The position numbers and the translations under genes were made by a program. From a virus: 64,000 bases of DNA. Shown piece after piece: positions 50,028 to 59,610 of this stretch (position 1 is its first letter; every line of letters begins with the position of its first letter). The notes under the pieces were generated by a model. The model worked only from the letters and a program-made list of their open reading frames with translations, was not told the DNA's origin and ran no database searches. The stretch covers positions 19,914 through 83,913 of the IMG/VR virus record IMGVR_UViG_3300019880_000001; one strand, given 5' to 3'.

Positions 50028-50314
50028 GCGAGCCCCACTTTCTGTTTTCCGAAGATGAGATCGTAGCCTTCCCTGTACGCGGGGGTCGCGACCTGCGCTG
50101 GCCCGGATTTGTAGACGCTGGTGAGCGTGTGCCACCCGTCTTCGCACGCTTCGTCCACGTGCGCGACCTCCGAGCCGGGAGAGAGCGGGGCGCCGTCGCG
50201 CATCGGCATGATCGCCACTTGCCTGACCTCACCGTCCGGAGACCGGCGTGCGGCCACGTGAACGCCGGGGGCGATCTCGGGTCCGAACGCGATCTTGTCG
50301 TTTTCGTCTTTCAT
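50024..50314 (-). CDS. Hypothetical protein
   Basis: GPAQVATPAYREGYDLIFG C-terminal motif; coupled. Confidence 0.6.
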   Translation of the reverse strand: MKDENDKIAFGPEIAPGVHVAARRSPDGEVRQVAIMPMRDGAPLSPGSEVAHVDEACEDGWHTLTSVYKSGPAQVATPAYREGYDLIFGKQKVGLA

Positions 50315-50345
50315 TGAGTGCCTTCCGCGCTAACTCGAGCGCAGC

Positions 50346-50927
50346 TCACGAATCAGAGCTGCCAGCTCGTGCCAATAGATGTTCTGTGGAGGCCGCTCCT
50401 TGAAGATCATCGCGAGCCTCGGGTACTTCGACCAAACGATCGTTTCCTTCAAGTGCCGCGCCGCTTCCGTCTTCGCCGCCTCCTCCGCGTCCTTCATGCG
50501 CCTCCGGATTGTAGATTGCAAAGCGCCGTCGCTGCTGACGGTACGTCAGCGAACGGAAGCGCTCGTTGTCGCCGCGACACGCATCGTCGAGCGTGTCGAT
50601 ATTGTCGAGGAGCGCCCACAGCCCATCGCGTTGCTTGCGTAGCTCGTCGATCGTCTTCGTTGAATTCGCTTTCAGCGAAGGAGGCACCAACATCGAACGA
50701 CGCTTCAAGCAGTCGGAGATGTCGTCAGCCATCACTTCTATGCCGGCGTTGAAACCGTCTCGATAAGCCGCCTGAGTGGCTGCAATCCAAGAATCGGTCA
50801 GCCCCCTTCTCTTCAACTCGAACTCTTCGGTGATGCGAACGAACTCGCTCTTCATCGAAAGGCGTTCGGCCTCGAGCGCGCGGGCGACGGCGGCGTCGCG
50901 TTCTTCTTTCAGGTCTCGGTACCTCAT
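50346..50927 (-). CDS. Hypothetical coiled-coil protein
   Basis: ATGA overlap with the nuclease stop; C-terminal part may not be real. Confidence 0.45.
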   Translation of the reverse strand: MRYRDLKEERDAAVARALEAERLSMKSEFVRITEEFELKRRGLTDSWIAATQAAYRDGFNAGIEVMADDISDCLKRRSMLVPPSLKANSTKTIDELRKQRDGLWALLDNIDTLDDACRGDNERFRSLTYRQQRRRFAIYNPEAHEGRGGGGEDGSGAALEGNDRLVEVPEARDDLQGAASTEHLLARAGSSDS

Positions 50928-52123
50928 TTTTGGGCCACCAACATCTCGCGCGTCGCTTCTCGGATAACACCTTTTTTCCGGAGCTGCATGAGCAACTTCT
51001 CGCCGGCGACTTTTCCGAGGGCCTCGATGACGCTCTTCTTCGAAAGTGTCTCGTAGGTCTGCTCTTGGATCTCGAGCACCTTTCCGTCTTTCGTCTCGAT
51101 GACCGATCCGAGACGCACGAGACGCTTCAACTCGGCAGAGCCGGCTTTCTCGAGCTCACGGAACCGCTTCAACATGTCGTAGAGCGCGCCGGCACGTACC
51201 TCGAGCATCCCCTCCGGCGGGGGCTCGGTCGGAAGCGCGCAGAGCGCGTTCGGGTCGACGGGCTCCAGCATGAGCTTGTTCGCGGCCTCGGTGAGCACCG
51301 CCGCGCTTTCGACGAGGAGGTACGCCGCAGCGGCAGGGCAACCGATACGCGCCGGGCAGCGCTTGCAGTACTCGTCGGGGCGAAGAAAGCCACCTCCGAT
51401 GCGATCGAACGCGGCGTGCAGCTCTTTTGCGTGAGCTCGCTGGTCTTCGATCTCGTACGGCTCCGCGTAGACGATAGGGAGCCCTTTCCGATCTGCATGG
51501 AAGATCCCGAGCTCGCCATGTAGCGACCCAGCAGCGAGCCCGAGCGTACGGAGCTGCGATACCGTCGAAGGTCGAGCGAACCGCGCGTTCTCGTCGTTCG
51601 CGATCCAACTTTCGAACAACCCCGTCTTGTGATCAATGACGACCCGCCGCTTTCGGTTGGCGTTGCGCGCGATGAGATCGACGGTACCCGGCAACTCATC
51701 GTCGGCGACAGCGTACACGTGGTCCTCATCGTGTGCCTCGATGGTGCGCGCCTTCCAGGTACCGTCCGATTTAGCACTCACCGCGTACGCCGTTTCAATC
51801 TCAGCGATCTCTAGCTTCTCGCGGGTGAGCCAGTTGCGGAGCACCTTCACGCTGCTCTTGACGTGTCCGGCGAGCTCCTCGCGCGCTTCCTTGACGTCGT
51901 AGCGCTTGGCGGCGCGGTCGATCTCCTTCGCGTAGGCACCGGCGCTCTTCTCGAGCGGCTTCTTCACGGGCGAGCGAAGGCACGCGGCGATTACCTGATG
52001 AAACGCCGATCCGTACCTCGCTGGTTCGCCGGGCTCATCGGGTTCGGCTACGAGCCCGGGGTCGAACGGGCGCGGGCACAGAAGAAGCAGTTCGGTTTTC
52101 GACGCGGACGGTTGAAGACCCAT
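50924..52123 (-). CDS. Cas4-like PD-(D/E)XK nuclease
   Basis: CP, GSAFH, GTVDLI, IDHKTG, QL, CKRCPARIGCP. Confidence 0.8.
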   Translation of the reverse strand: MGLQPSASKTELLLLCPRPFDPGLVAEPDEPGEPARYGSAFHQVIAACLRSPVKKPLEKSAGAYAKEIDRAAKRYDVKEAREELAGHVKSSVKVLRNWLTREKLEIAEIETAYAVSAKSDGTWKARTIEAHDEDHVYAVADDELPGTVDLIARNANRKRRVVIDHKTGLFESWIANDENARFARPSTVSQLRTLGLAAGSLHGELGIFHADRKGLPIVYAEPYEIEDQRAHAKELHAAFDRIGGGFLRPDEYCKRCPARIGCPAAAAYLLVESAAVLTEAANKLMLEPVDPNALCALPTEPPPEGMLEVRAGALYDMLKRFRELEKAGSAELKRLVRLGSVIETKDGKVLEIQEQTYETLSKKSVIEALGKVAGEKLLMQLRKKGVIREATREMLVAQK

Positions 52124-52558
52124 CTCACCCTACCTTTCGAGATTCGAGCGCGATGCAACGATGCTCTGGGGCCCGCGCGCCACACGTGACGCATTGCCCG
52201 ATCTTCTCTCGAAGCTCTCTCGAAAGCGGCGTTGTTCTAGGCTGTCGACGGTAACGCTCTCGGTTGGCAGTACGTTGACGTTCCAACTCATTGACCGTGA
52301 GCGCACGGTAGGGACGGTGCGGCAAGCAGGTGAAATTTTCTGGCGGAGCCCTGTCTGAAAATGGGCAGCGATGCTCCGAAGCCAACGAACCGCACAGCTC
52401 ACAGCGATAGACGGATCCGCCGTTCCCGCGTCGCACAGTGAACGAGTCTCGCTCGGCGTACGAACAAAAGTAGCTCGACTGTTGTTGGGCTTCGCCGAAC
52501 AGCTCGAGGATTCCGACTTGGAGATCGATCAATAAAGTGCTCCTTCGACGGCCACCGG

Positions 52559-52671
52559 ACCTCCAACCCTCCAACCGAAATTCGAGACGAGGCACCCCCC
52601 ACTCATTTCCCAGTACCCTTCTGATCACTACCCCCACTAGGACCCCTATTTTTGGTTGGAGGTTTGGAGGT
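52559..52671. repeat. Inverted repeat of doubled CCTCCAA units; candidate replication origin
   Basis: CCTCCAACCCTCCAACC 52560-52576 vs GGTTGGAGGTTTGGAGG 52654-52670 (1 mismatch), straddling the helicase 3' end. Confidence 0.6.
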
Positions 52672-53922
52672 AGTAGAAGAGTGCTCTTTGGGAGCTTCGG
52701 CGGGAAAATAGCGGCGGACGTCGTCCGTGCCCCGCACAATCCTCGTCCAGCCGATTGCCCGGAGCGCCTTGCCGGCTAGGGCCTGCGCTGCCCGGTTCTG
52801 CTTGTCCTTGGTCACGTCCACGGCGTTGGTGAGCAGGTCGGTGATGGTTACCCCGCCCTTCCGATAGAGCGCCCGATTCATTGACAGGTACTCCTTGAAG
52901 TGAGTTTCCCACGGCTCGGGTTCTCGCCGCTCTTCAGCTTCGGCCGCCGCCGAAGCGAGCAGCTTCTCGTCCCGCATGTGCCACTTCTCGTTTTTTCTGT
53001 ACCGAGCGAACGCCTCCGCCCAAATCTGATCGCGCTCTTCACGTACGATCTTGAGATCGATCTTGCTGGCGATCAGAACAGGATTGAACCGCCTAGCGCC
53101 GGTCGTGTCATTCAAGTACCCGGCGCCGTTCGGGTTGACGGTTCCGGCGAATACGTTCTGCCTAGGGAAGTCGATCGTCGTTTTCCCATACGAGGGGCGG
53201 TAGCTGTCCTTCACCGACGAGATGAAAGCTTTGACTCGCGCAAGGTCGGCGCTGTTGAGAGCATCGAGCTCACTGAACTCGACGATCCACTTTCTTCTAA
53301 GCGCCTGGTAGCCGTCCTTGCCTCCAATGTTGAAGACCGTATCCAAAAACCAATCGTCGGATGCGAGGATGCGGAGGAAAGTAGACTTGTGAGCGCCTTG
53401 CGCTCCTTCGAGAATGAGTACCGTGTCGACCTGCACACCAGGCCGCATCACACGCGCGACAGCACCTAGGAAAAAGTTCTTGGTGACGGCTCGAGTGTAA
53501 AGTGTGTCAGGGGCCCCTCCGACACGAATGAGCAAGTCGTCAACGCGCGTTTTATTGTCCCACTTAGGAATCTCGTTCAAGTAGTCGCGCACCGGATGGA
53601 TCGACCACCTTTCCGAAACGAGCTGCACCGCCTCGTCGACGACGGACGAGTAGAAAGAACACTGGTACTCGTTCGAGAGCCACACGGCGGCACGCGCCGA
53701 ATCACTCTGCGTCCAGTCTCCGACGTCCTTGTTTTCGGGCGCCAGATCGTCGGACCATGGCGGCAACTTCTTCTTGACGATCACGCCGGCGAACGCATCG
53801 AACGCGATGACGTTGTGCCACTCCTTTCGGTGCGTGAGGATCGCGACGGCGTTCGCCAAACACGGCAAGTACATGCCCTGCTTGTTCTTGAGGAGACACG
53901 TATCCCAGCTCGCGGTAGGCAA
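52603..53922 (-). CDS. VapE/VirE-family SF3-like helicase
   Basis: HPVRDYL..W D..R; LILEGAQGAHKST; WIVEFSEL; KAFISS..D.YRPSYG; FAGTVN; YLND.TG.RRF. Confidence 0.9.
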   Translation of the reverse strand: MPTASWDTCLLKNKQGMYLPCLANAVAILTHRKEWHNVIAFDAFAGVIVKKKLPPWSDDLAPENKDVGDWTQSDSARAAVWLSNEYQCSFYSSVVDEAVQLVSERWSIHPVRDYLNEIPKWDNKTRVDDLLIRVGGAPDTLYTRAVTKNFFLGAVARVMRPGVQVDTVLILEGAQGAHKSTFLRILASDDWFLDTVFNIGGKDGYQALRRKWIVEFSELDALNSADLARVKAFISSVKDSYRPSYGKTTIDFPRQNVFAGTVNPNGAGYLNDTTGARRFNPVLIASKIDLKIVREERDQIWAEAFARYRKNEKWHMRDEKLLASAAAEAEERREPEPWETHFKEYLSMNRALYRKGGVTITDLLTNAVDVTKDKQNRAAQALAGKALRAIGWTRIVRGTDDVRRYFPAEAPKEHSSTTSKPPTKNRGPSGGSDQKGTGK

Positions 53923-53978
53923 TGGCGGGCCTTCTTTTCGACGGTTCGACGAGTTTTCAGTTTCGACGGTGAGGGGCG

Positions 53979-54043
53979 ATGCTAGCCTTCGAGGAGGCCG
54001 CCCGTCAAGGGGCCTTGTCGGACATCGTCGGTGAGACTAGATT
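53979..54043. promoter_or_regulatory. Back-to-back sigma70-type promoters
   Basis: (-) TTGACG 54008-54003, N18, TAGCAT; (+) TTGTCG 54015-54020, N17, TAGATT, 7 nt before ATG 54051. Confidence 0.6.
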
Positions 54044-54050
54044 CGCCGTC

Positions 54051-54230
54051 ATGGAAACAAAAGTCGACGTGCGGCTGTCTCGCGAGTTGCGGAAAGCCCT
54101 CGAACGTGAGCGGTTGCGCATGAGCAAAGCGCTCGGCTCCGAGGTGAAGACGAGCTTCGTCGTACGCTCGCTTCTCGAGCGCGCTCTACGCCCCAAGCGT
54201 CGAACCTCCGCGATCGAGCGCGCAGCGTGA
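54051..54230 (+). CDS. Ribbon-helix-helix-like regulator
   Basis: KVDVRLSRELRKALE...TSFVVRSLLERAL. Confidence 0.7.
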   Translation: METKVDVRLSRELRKALERERLRMSKALGSEVKTSFVVRSLLERALRPKRRTSAIERAA

Positions 54231-54765
54231 GATCACCCAGGCTCACTTCGCTGTCGGAACTCTTCGACACGCCGAGCGGGGTGTTCAAGTGGTCCACCGA
54301 ACTCAACGTAGACGTCGAGAAACTATTCGGAGAAAAGAAGCGTCCGTCAACGAGACGCAGTCCCACCGCCGGCAACCGCGGGCAAGGAAGCAACTGGCTG
54401 AACCGCGCAACGAGATTGCGTATCTACGAACGAGACGGCTGGCGATGCGTGTGGTGCTGCTGTGAGGTCGAGCGTCCGACGCTCCCCGAAGACGGGATCC
54501 TCGTAGCTGGTGGCGCATTCGCCAAGCTTCGATCGATCACGTCGTCTCTCGCTCGCGCGGAGGCTCGAACCGCCCGAGTAACCTCATCACGTGCTGCGCA
54601 GAGTGCAACGCGAAACGAGGCCGCCTCAGTGTTCCGAAGTTCTCGAAAATGATCTGCGACGCGACCGGCGTGAACCACGACGGCTTCTACCTCTCACCGT
54701 CGAAAATAGTACGGCGTGTCCGCGCCGCGCAAAAACGAAAGCTACCTTCAAGGAGAACCAGTTGA
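54227..54765 (+). pseudogene. HNH endonuclease split by a frameshift
   Basis: Frame 1 RLRIYERDGWRCVWC; the -1 frame continues ASIDHVVSRSRGGSNRPSNLITCCAECNAKR to TGA 54763-54765, which overlaps the next ATG. Confidence 0.75.
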
Positions 54766-54995
54766 TGCGCGATGAACTAGTCGGTCGTTTCGTGTTCGTC
54801 GGTACCAAACCGGGGACCGTCATGTCGGTCACACCAGGAACCCCGGCAACAGACAAGACGCCCGCAACGCCGGCGATGATCAAGGTGAAGCTGCACGACG
54901 TGCCGACCAAGATGCGCGACGGCAACGAGATCGTAGAAATAGAACGCGCGTCGTCCGCCTGGCGCTTGAAGTACCCAGGAGAGAAACGAGCATGA
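54765..54995 (+). CDS. Small hypothetical protein
   Basis: RBS AAGGAG; MRDELVGRFVFVG. Confidence 0.55.
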   Translation: MRDELVGRFVFVGTKPGTVMSVTPGTPATDKTPATPAMIKVKLHDVPTKMRDGNEIVEIERASSAWRLKYPGEKRA

Positions 54996-55228
54996 AAGAT
55001 CACTGGATGGCCGTCGCAGGGATCATTTTGCTGTTCGTGATCGCCGAACTCCTTCGTCCCTACCGGCTCCGGGTAGAAGCCAGCGCTCGAAAGTGGGAGC
55101 GAGACAGGTACGAGAAGATGGCCCGACGAGAAGAAGAGAAGGCAGCTCTCGAAGAGAACCGCCCCCACCGTCACATCTACCTGGACACCGCCGCGTTCTA
55201 CCGGGACCTCGCGAAGAACGTACGATGA
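54992..55228 (+). CDS. Small membrane protein
   Basis: N-terminal TM; ATGA overlap. Confidence 0.55.
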   Translation: MKDHWMAVAGIILLFVIAELLRPYRLRVEASARKWERDRYEKMARREEEKAALEENRPHRHIYLDTAAFYRDLAKNVR

Positions 55229-55269
55229 CCGAAAAACTTTCACGTAACTAAAAAGTGAGGAATAGAAAA

Positions 55270-56424
55270 ATGAAACCCATCAAAATACTGTACATCGCGC
55301 TCATCGCGTCGTTGGTTGGATGCGCACCATCCGAAACCACCGACACGCTTACTGCCACAAGGAGCGCGCTCGAGACAGACGCCTCCCCACCGATCACGGT
55401 GTCCGTGTCGCCGAACGCGGCTACCGTTCAACTAGGGACTGACTTTCAATTTTCAGCTACCGTCACGAACGCACAAGACACTTCCGTTGTCTGGTCTATC
55501 TTGGAGAGCCCGGGGTGCGGGACGATTTCGTCATCCGGCTTGTACTCAGCTCCGACTAGCGCACGCAGCCCATGCCACGTCGTAGCTACGTCTAACCAAG
55601 ACCCGTCGAAGAGCGACTCGGCAGGTATCACGATGTCTTCGGGAAACGGGATGAGCTCGGGGTGCGGGCTCACCGGGATGCGAACCGGCACGTTCCACGT
55701 AGCCACGAGAGACGGTAACGCCGTTCGCCGTGATTTCATGGTCGTGGTTCCTGCGACGTACAACCCGACAGTCCCCCTCGATCTCACGTTCGTGTACCAC
55801 GGCTTGAACCAGAACGAAGCCATCGCTGCGAGCTGGGGCGTACAAGACACGCCGGGTGCCGCTAACGCGAGCATCTTCGTATTCCCGCAAGGGCGCCAAG
55901 TCGGCACCGACGGCATCGGTTGGGACGACTCCTGCGGCGGGCGCGACATGCCCTTCTTCGACCACATGATGTCGATCCTCGAGAGTAGCTACTGCATCAA
56001 CACCCAGAAAATATTCGCCGCCGGGTTCTCTTGGGGCTGCGATCAGACCGTAGCGCTCTCGTGCTGTCGCGGTGACGTCATTCGCGCGGTCGGAGCGGCG
56101 TCGTGCTCGTACGCCTTCAACGATCCGAGCGACTACACGACGTACATGAACCTCACGTGCCCCACCGCCACCGACGCGGCCTACCGCTTCACGCACGATT
56201 CAAACTCCGATGGCGCGTACACGCTCCAGCAGTTTCAATCTACGAGCGCGCTGATGCGATCCTTCAATTCGTGCGCGGCGACGGCCACACCGACGTCTCC
56301 GAGTCCGTGCGTGTCCTACGACACGTGCGCTCATCCAGTCGTCGAGTGCGCTTACCCCAGTCTCGGGCACCAGCTCCCGTCAGGCTGGGGCGCTGATACC
56401 TGGAACTTCTTCAACAGCCTCTAG
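55270..56424 (+). CDS. Lipoprotein: Ig-like domain plus alpha/beta-hydrolase (PHB-depolymerase/feruloyl-esterase-like)
   Basis: Lipobox LVGC; VSVSPNAATV..QFSATV; VYHG, FPQG, GFSWG nucleophile elbow, GHQLP. Confidence 0.8.
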   Translation: MKPIKILYIALIASLVGCAPSETTDTLTATRSALETDASPPITVSVSPNAATVQLGTDFQFSATVTNAQDTSVVWSILESPGCGTISSSGLYSAPTSARSPCHVVATSNQDPSKSDSAGITMSSGNGMSSGCGLTGMRTGTFHVATRDGNAVRRDFMVVVPATYNPTVPLDLTFVYHGLNQNEAIAASWGVQDTPGAANASIFVFPQGRQVGTDGIGWDDSCGGRDMPFFDHMMSILESSYCINTQKIFAAGFSWGCDQTVALSCCRGDVIRAVGAASCSYAFNDPSDYTTYMNLTCPTATDAAYRFTHDSNSDGAYTLQQFQSTSALMRSFNSCAATATPTSPSPCVSYDTCAHPVVECAYPSLGHQLPSGWGADTWNFFNSL

Positions 56425-56499
56425 CAGACACGAACGGCGCGAGCAGGTGTCGTTCTGCTCGCGCCGTTCTCCGACCCGAAGGAGAAAAGGGAAACCACG

Positions 56500-57660
56500 T
56501 TGACAGCGTCTTCAACACTCTCGGTGACTCTCTGGCGTTCGTTCTCACGAGGCCGACGCGAGGAGAGAACCTGGAGCTCGTTCATCGACACGTTCGTTCG
56601 AGAGCCCGAGGTCGTGCGCGACAAGCGGAAGGTCGCCGGCTTCTCGCTCGCGTCCTTCCTCGAGAACCGGCGGTCTCTACCTCGAGTCGAGCGGGTCCAC
56701 GCGCTCATTCTCGACTTCGACGAGGGTGACACGACGGTGCGTCAGGCTGAGACGCTACTGCCCGGCGTGCACGGCGTGACGTACACGACGTTCAGACACA
56801 CGATCGAATATCCGAAGCTGCGGGTCATCTTTCCGTTCGACAGGCCCGTCGACGCGGACGAGTACGCGCGGATCTGGACTTGGGTCGCCGACAAGATCAC
56901 GAAGACGAAACGGATCCTCGACGAGTCGACGAGGGACGCGAGCCGATTCTGGTACCTGCCGAGCCACCCACCGGGGGCGACGTACGAGTGGAAAGAGATC
57001 GGCGGGAAAGCGCTCGATGTGGCGCGGGCGTTGAAGGAATCGAAATCCCCCCACTTCCGTTCTTTCCTGGTGAAATCTGCCAAGGCGCCCGCGAAACCCA
57101 AGGGAAAAGAACGGGTTGTGTGTGATCCTTCTGATCAGACTTTCTTTGGACGTGCGTTCGAACGCGCCAACATGTCCTTTGGTCTTCTCGATAATGGCGC
57201 TCTAGCTGTCGCTTGTCCGTGGTCCACGCAACACACCGGCGGCGTAGACGGGGATTCATCGACGGTAGTTTTTCCGGCGACGACTGCCGCAGGCTGGGGT
57301 CATTTTCATTGCTCTCACGCACATTGTGTTGAACGAACGACGTTCGATCTCCTCGACGTCTTGCCCCCCAAAGCGCTTGAAGAGGCTCGGCGAGAACACG
57401 GTTCGGGTTTGGTTCGCGCAAAGATTCGAGCCGGCTTTACGCAACACTTCGAAGCGAAGGTGGGCTTCGATGCACTCGATCGTTTCGTTCTTCGATGTTA
57501 CCCGAACGGCAACGGGGCCCCTCTCGTTTGGACTGTGAAGATTGGAAGCCGAGCGCATGTTGAGGGGCTCGATGCCCAGCCTCTTGTGGCTCTTCGTGGG
57601 CGCATGGTCGATCTTGCGTTACGGGGACGTGAGATCACTTGGGGGCGTTTCGCATGTTGA
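56500..57660 (+). CDS. Primase-like (AEP-type) protein with Zn-binding domain
   Basis: LILDFD, YTTFRH..PKLRVIFP, D..TRD.SRFWYLP; CPW..H...FHCSHAHC. Confidence 0.75.
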   Translation: MTASSTLSVTLWRSFSRGRREERTWSSFIDTFVREPEVVRDKRKVAGFSLASFLENRRSLPRVERVHALILDFDEGDTTVRQAETLLPGVHGVTYTTFRHTIEYPKLRVIFPFDRPVDADEYARIWTWVADKITKTKRILDESTRDASRFWYLPSHPPGATYEWKEIGGKALDVARALKESKSPHFRSFLVKSAKAPAKPKGKERVVCDPSDQTFFGRAFERANMSFGLLDNGALAVACPWSTQHTGGVDGDSSTVVFPATTAAGWGHFHCSHAHCVERTTFDLLDVLPPKALEEARREHGSGLVRAKIRAGFTQHFEAKVGFDALDRFVLRCYPNGNGAPLVWTVKIGSRAHVEGLDAQPLVALRGRMVDLALRGREITWGRFAC

Positions 57661-58178
57661 AAAAACGGGTGTGTCGTTACTGTCAAAAAGAGTTCGCACC
57701 GTCTAGCGATTCGACCGTGTACTGTTCTGTCGAATGTGCGCAAGACTCTGTGACGTCGGATGAACGGCGTGCGGCAGAACGTGTTTTCGCTCGACGTATT
57801 GCGAGAAGCATAGCGCGGTATCGAGAATGCATTCGACACGCACGGAGACGGCGAGCACGTAGCTTCGAACCGGTAGTCGAACGGGTGAGGTGCAGATCTC
57901 ACCTTCCGGAAAGTTGTCCGGTCTGTTGCCGCCCTTGGCGAAAGTTTTTGTACAAAACGCGCGGCGGGTTGTGGCGTTGTTTTGTCCGCTACCACTACGA
58001 TACCCCATTCGGAGACGATTTGATCAAGGCTAAATTGGCGGGCACGGCCACGTGGATTTACACGTGTAGAAGTTGTAATCAGCTTGAGAAAACGATTCGG
58101 CGAAGATCACCGGAGCGTTGGCCTTACGGGATTCCGCCTTTGGAGCTGAGTCGAATGTTGGAGCAATTTTCAAAGTGA
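57654..58178 (+). CDS. Cys-rich Zn-finger protein
   Basis: CRYCQKEF..YCSVEC, CPVC, CRSCN. Confidence 0.55.
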   Translation: MLKKRVCRYCQKEFAPSSDSTVYCSVECAQDSVTSDERRAAERVFARRIARSIARYRECIRHARRRRARSFEPVVERVRCRSHLPESCPVCCRPWRKFLYKTRGGLWRCFVRYHYDTPFGDDLIKAKLAGTATWIYTCRSCNQLEKTIRRRSPERWPYGIPPLELSRMLEQFSK

Positions 58179-58513
58179 ACCATCTCCTCGCCGAAGCCGA
58201 AGAGCCGATCCGTCAGGCGCTCGAACGTCTCATCGAAAAAGGCGAAGAGCGGCACCCGTTCGTTGTCGTCGACAAGGTCGGTCGTCGTTCCGTATTCGTC
58301 CAGTTCGCTCGAACGCGCGGCACGCTTCATTTCGACGTGCCGGCTCTCAGGATCTCGCTCGAGGAGGTGACACCCGAGACGGGCGCCGCGCGAGCCGTCG
58401 AAGAGTTGACCGTGCTCGGCGTCTTGCCTGACGAGCGGGTTCTCATCCACGAAGAGGAAGACGAAGCTCCGTGGAAGGGCGACGTCGTACTGAAGAGGCC
58501 CCGATTCGCATGA
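58175..58513 (+). CDS. Hypothetical protein
   Basis: GTGA overlap; FVQF motif. Confidence 0.5.
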   Translation: MNHLLAEAEEPIRQALERLIEKGEERHPFVVVDKVGRRSVFVQFARTRGTLHFDVPALRISLEEVTPETGAARAVEELTVLGVLPDERVLIHEEEDEAPWKGDVVLKRPRFA

Positions 58514-58725
58514 GACCTCCGCTCATGCAGATCATGCTCGGGCGCTCGGGAGCCGTCATCCCGATGAACCCGAACGCCGAGCAGATCGACTTGGCGTGGG
58601 CCTGTCTTCGCCATCTTCGGACGGGAGAACCTCTTTCGTTCGAATCCAGATTGGATCTTCTGGCGTTCGCCGAAGCTGAACGCGACTACTCGCGCCGGCG
58701 GGAAGAAGGTGTTGACAACGGTTAA
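58510..58725 (+). CDS. Hypothetical protein
   Basis: ATGA overlap. Confidence 0.45.
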   Translation: MRPPLMQIMLGRSGAVIPMNPNAEQIDLAWACLRHLRTGEPLSFESRLDLLAFAEAERDYSRRREEGVDNG

Positions 58726-58749
58726 CGGAGGTTGTACCTCCAAAAGGCG

Positions 58750-59004
58750 ATGGCTACGAAAGACGAGAAGACGAAAGACATGTGGGTCGGCTGGACGCGC
58801 GATGCGCTGGCCGTGTACGAGGAGCCTGACGACGAAGACGTCGACGTGGTCGACGACATGGCAGCTTTCGCCTCCGAATACGCCGACGCGATGCTCGAGG
58901 AGTTCGCGCACAGGTTCGAGAGCGGCACCGCCAGAAAACGTCGCAAAGGCAAGCGTCGTCGTAGGGCCGCCGACGATGACGACGATGATGACGACGACGA
59001 CTGA
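58750..59004 (+). CDS. Small acidic protein
   Basis: Preceded by TTGACA-N17-TACCTC; D/E-rich with a basic patch. Confidence 0.6.
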   Translation: MATKDEKTKDMWVGWTRDALAVYEEPDDEDVDVVDDMAAFASEYADAMLEEFAHRFESGTARKRRKGKRRRRAADDDDDDDDDD

Positions 59005-59167
59005 AACGTCCGGGGGCGGGCTCCTCGGAACCCTCGTCCTGCTTGTTCTGGTCGGTATCCCGACGGCCTACGCGGTCGGGCTCTGGTGGATAGTGTTCGG
59101 TCGCGTAGAAACGCGATCCAATCAGACGGATGAAGACGTCGCGGTCACACGCGAGAAAGAATGAGCC

Positions 59168-59311
59168 ATGGCCTCCAAGAAGAAAAAGAAGAAGCCCGCG
59201 AAGAAGAAGGCGAAGGTCGCCAAGGGCTCCGCGAAGAAGAAGTGCACCGTGTGCCGCAAGCCCGGCCACAACGCGCGCAGTCATCGATCGGGTGCCGAGA
59301 ATCCGCTGTGA
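59168..59311 (+). CDS. Lys-rich zinc-knuckle microprotein (not in the ORF track)
   Basis: MASKKKKKKPAKKKAKVAKGSAKKKCTVCRKPGHNARSHRSGAENPL; stop overlaps the next GTG. Confidence 0.7.
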   Translation: MASKKKKKKPAKKKAKVAKGSAKKKCTVCRKPGHNARSHRSGAENPL

Positions 59312-59610
59312 GCGTGTTCATCGGCGACGTGAAGGGGCCGCGCCACAACAGTCCGCGTAAGGCGGCAGATGTGTGGTGCAGCCCCGGGCAGGTCGAGCTT
59401 AACGTGTGGATCGACGATCCTCGCCCTCCGGATCCGTCCGGTGTCGTTGCCGCAGCTCTCTCGAAGACTTTGGACCCGATCGCTGCGCGGAACCTCGCCG
59501 CGCTTCTCGTGCGCGCGTCTGAAGAGGCCGAGCGCATGGCCCCTCGAAGAGAGCGCGAGATGCAAGCCGACAGAGACACCGTGCTCGGCAGAACGGATAT
59601 CGCACGATGA
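59308..59610 (+). CDS. Hypothetical protein
   Basis: GTGA and ATGA coupling. Confidence 0.5.
   Translation: MSVFIGDVKGPRHNSPRKAADVWCSPGQVELNVWIDDPRPPDPSGVVAAALSKTLDPIAARNLAALLVRASEEAERMAPRREREMQADRDTVLGRTDIAR

Noticed and set aside
50924-52123. Cas4 as evidence of a CRISPR-Cas locus
   Set aside because: No cas1/cas2 or array; solo Cas4-like nucleases are common in phage replication modules
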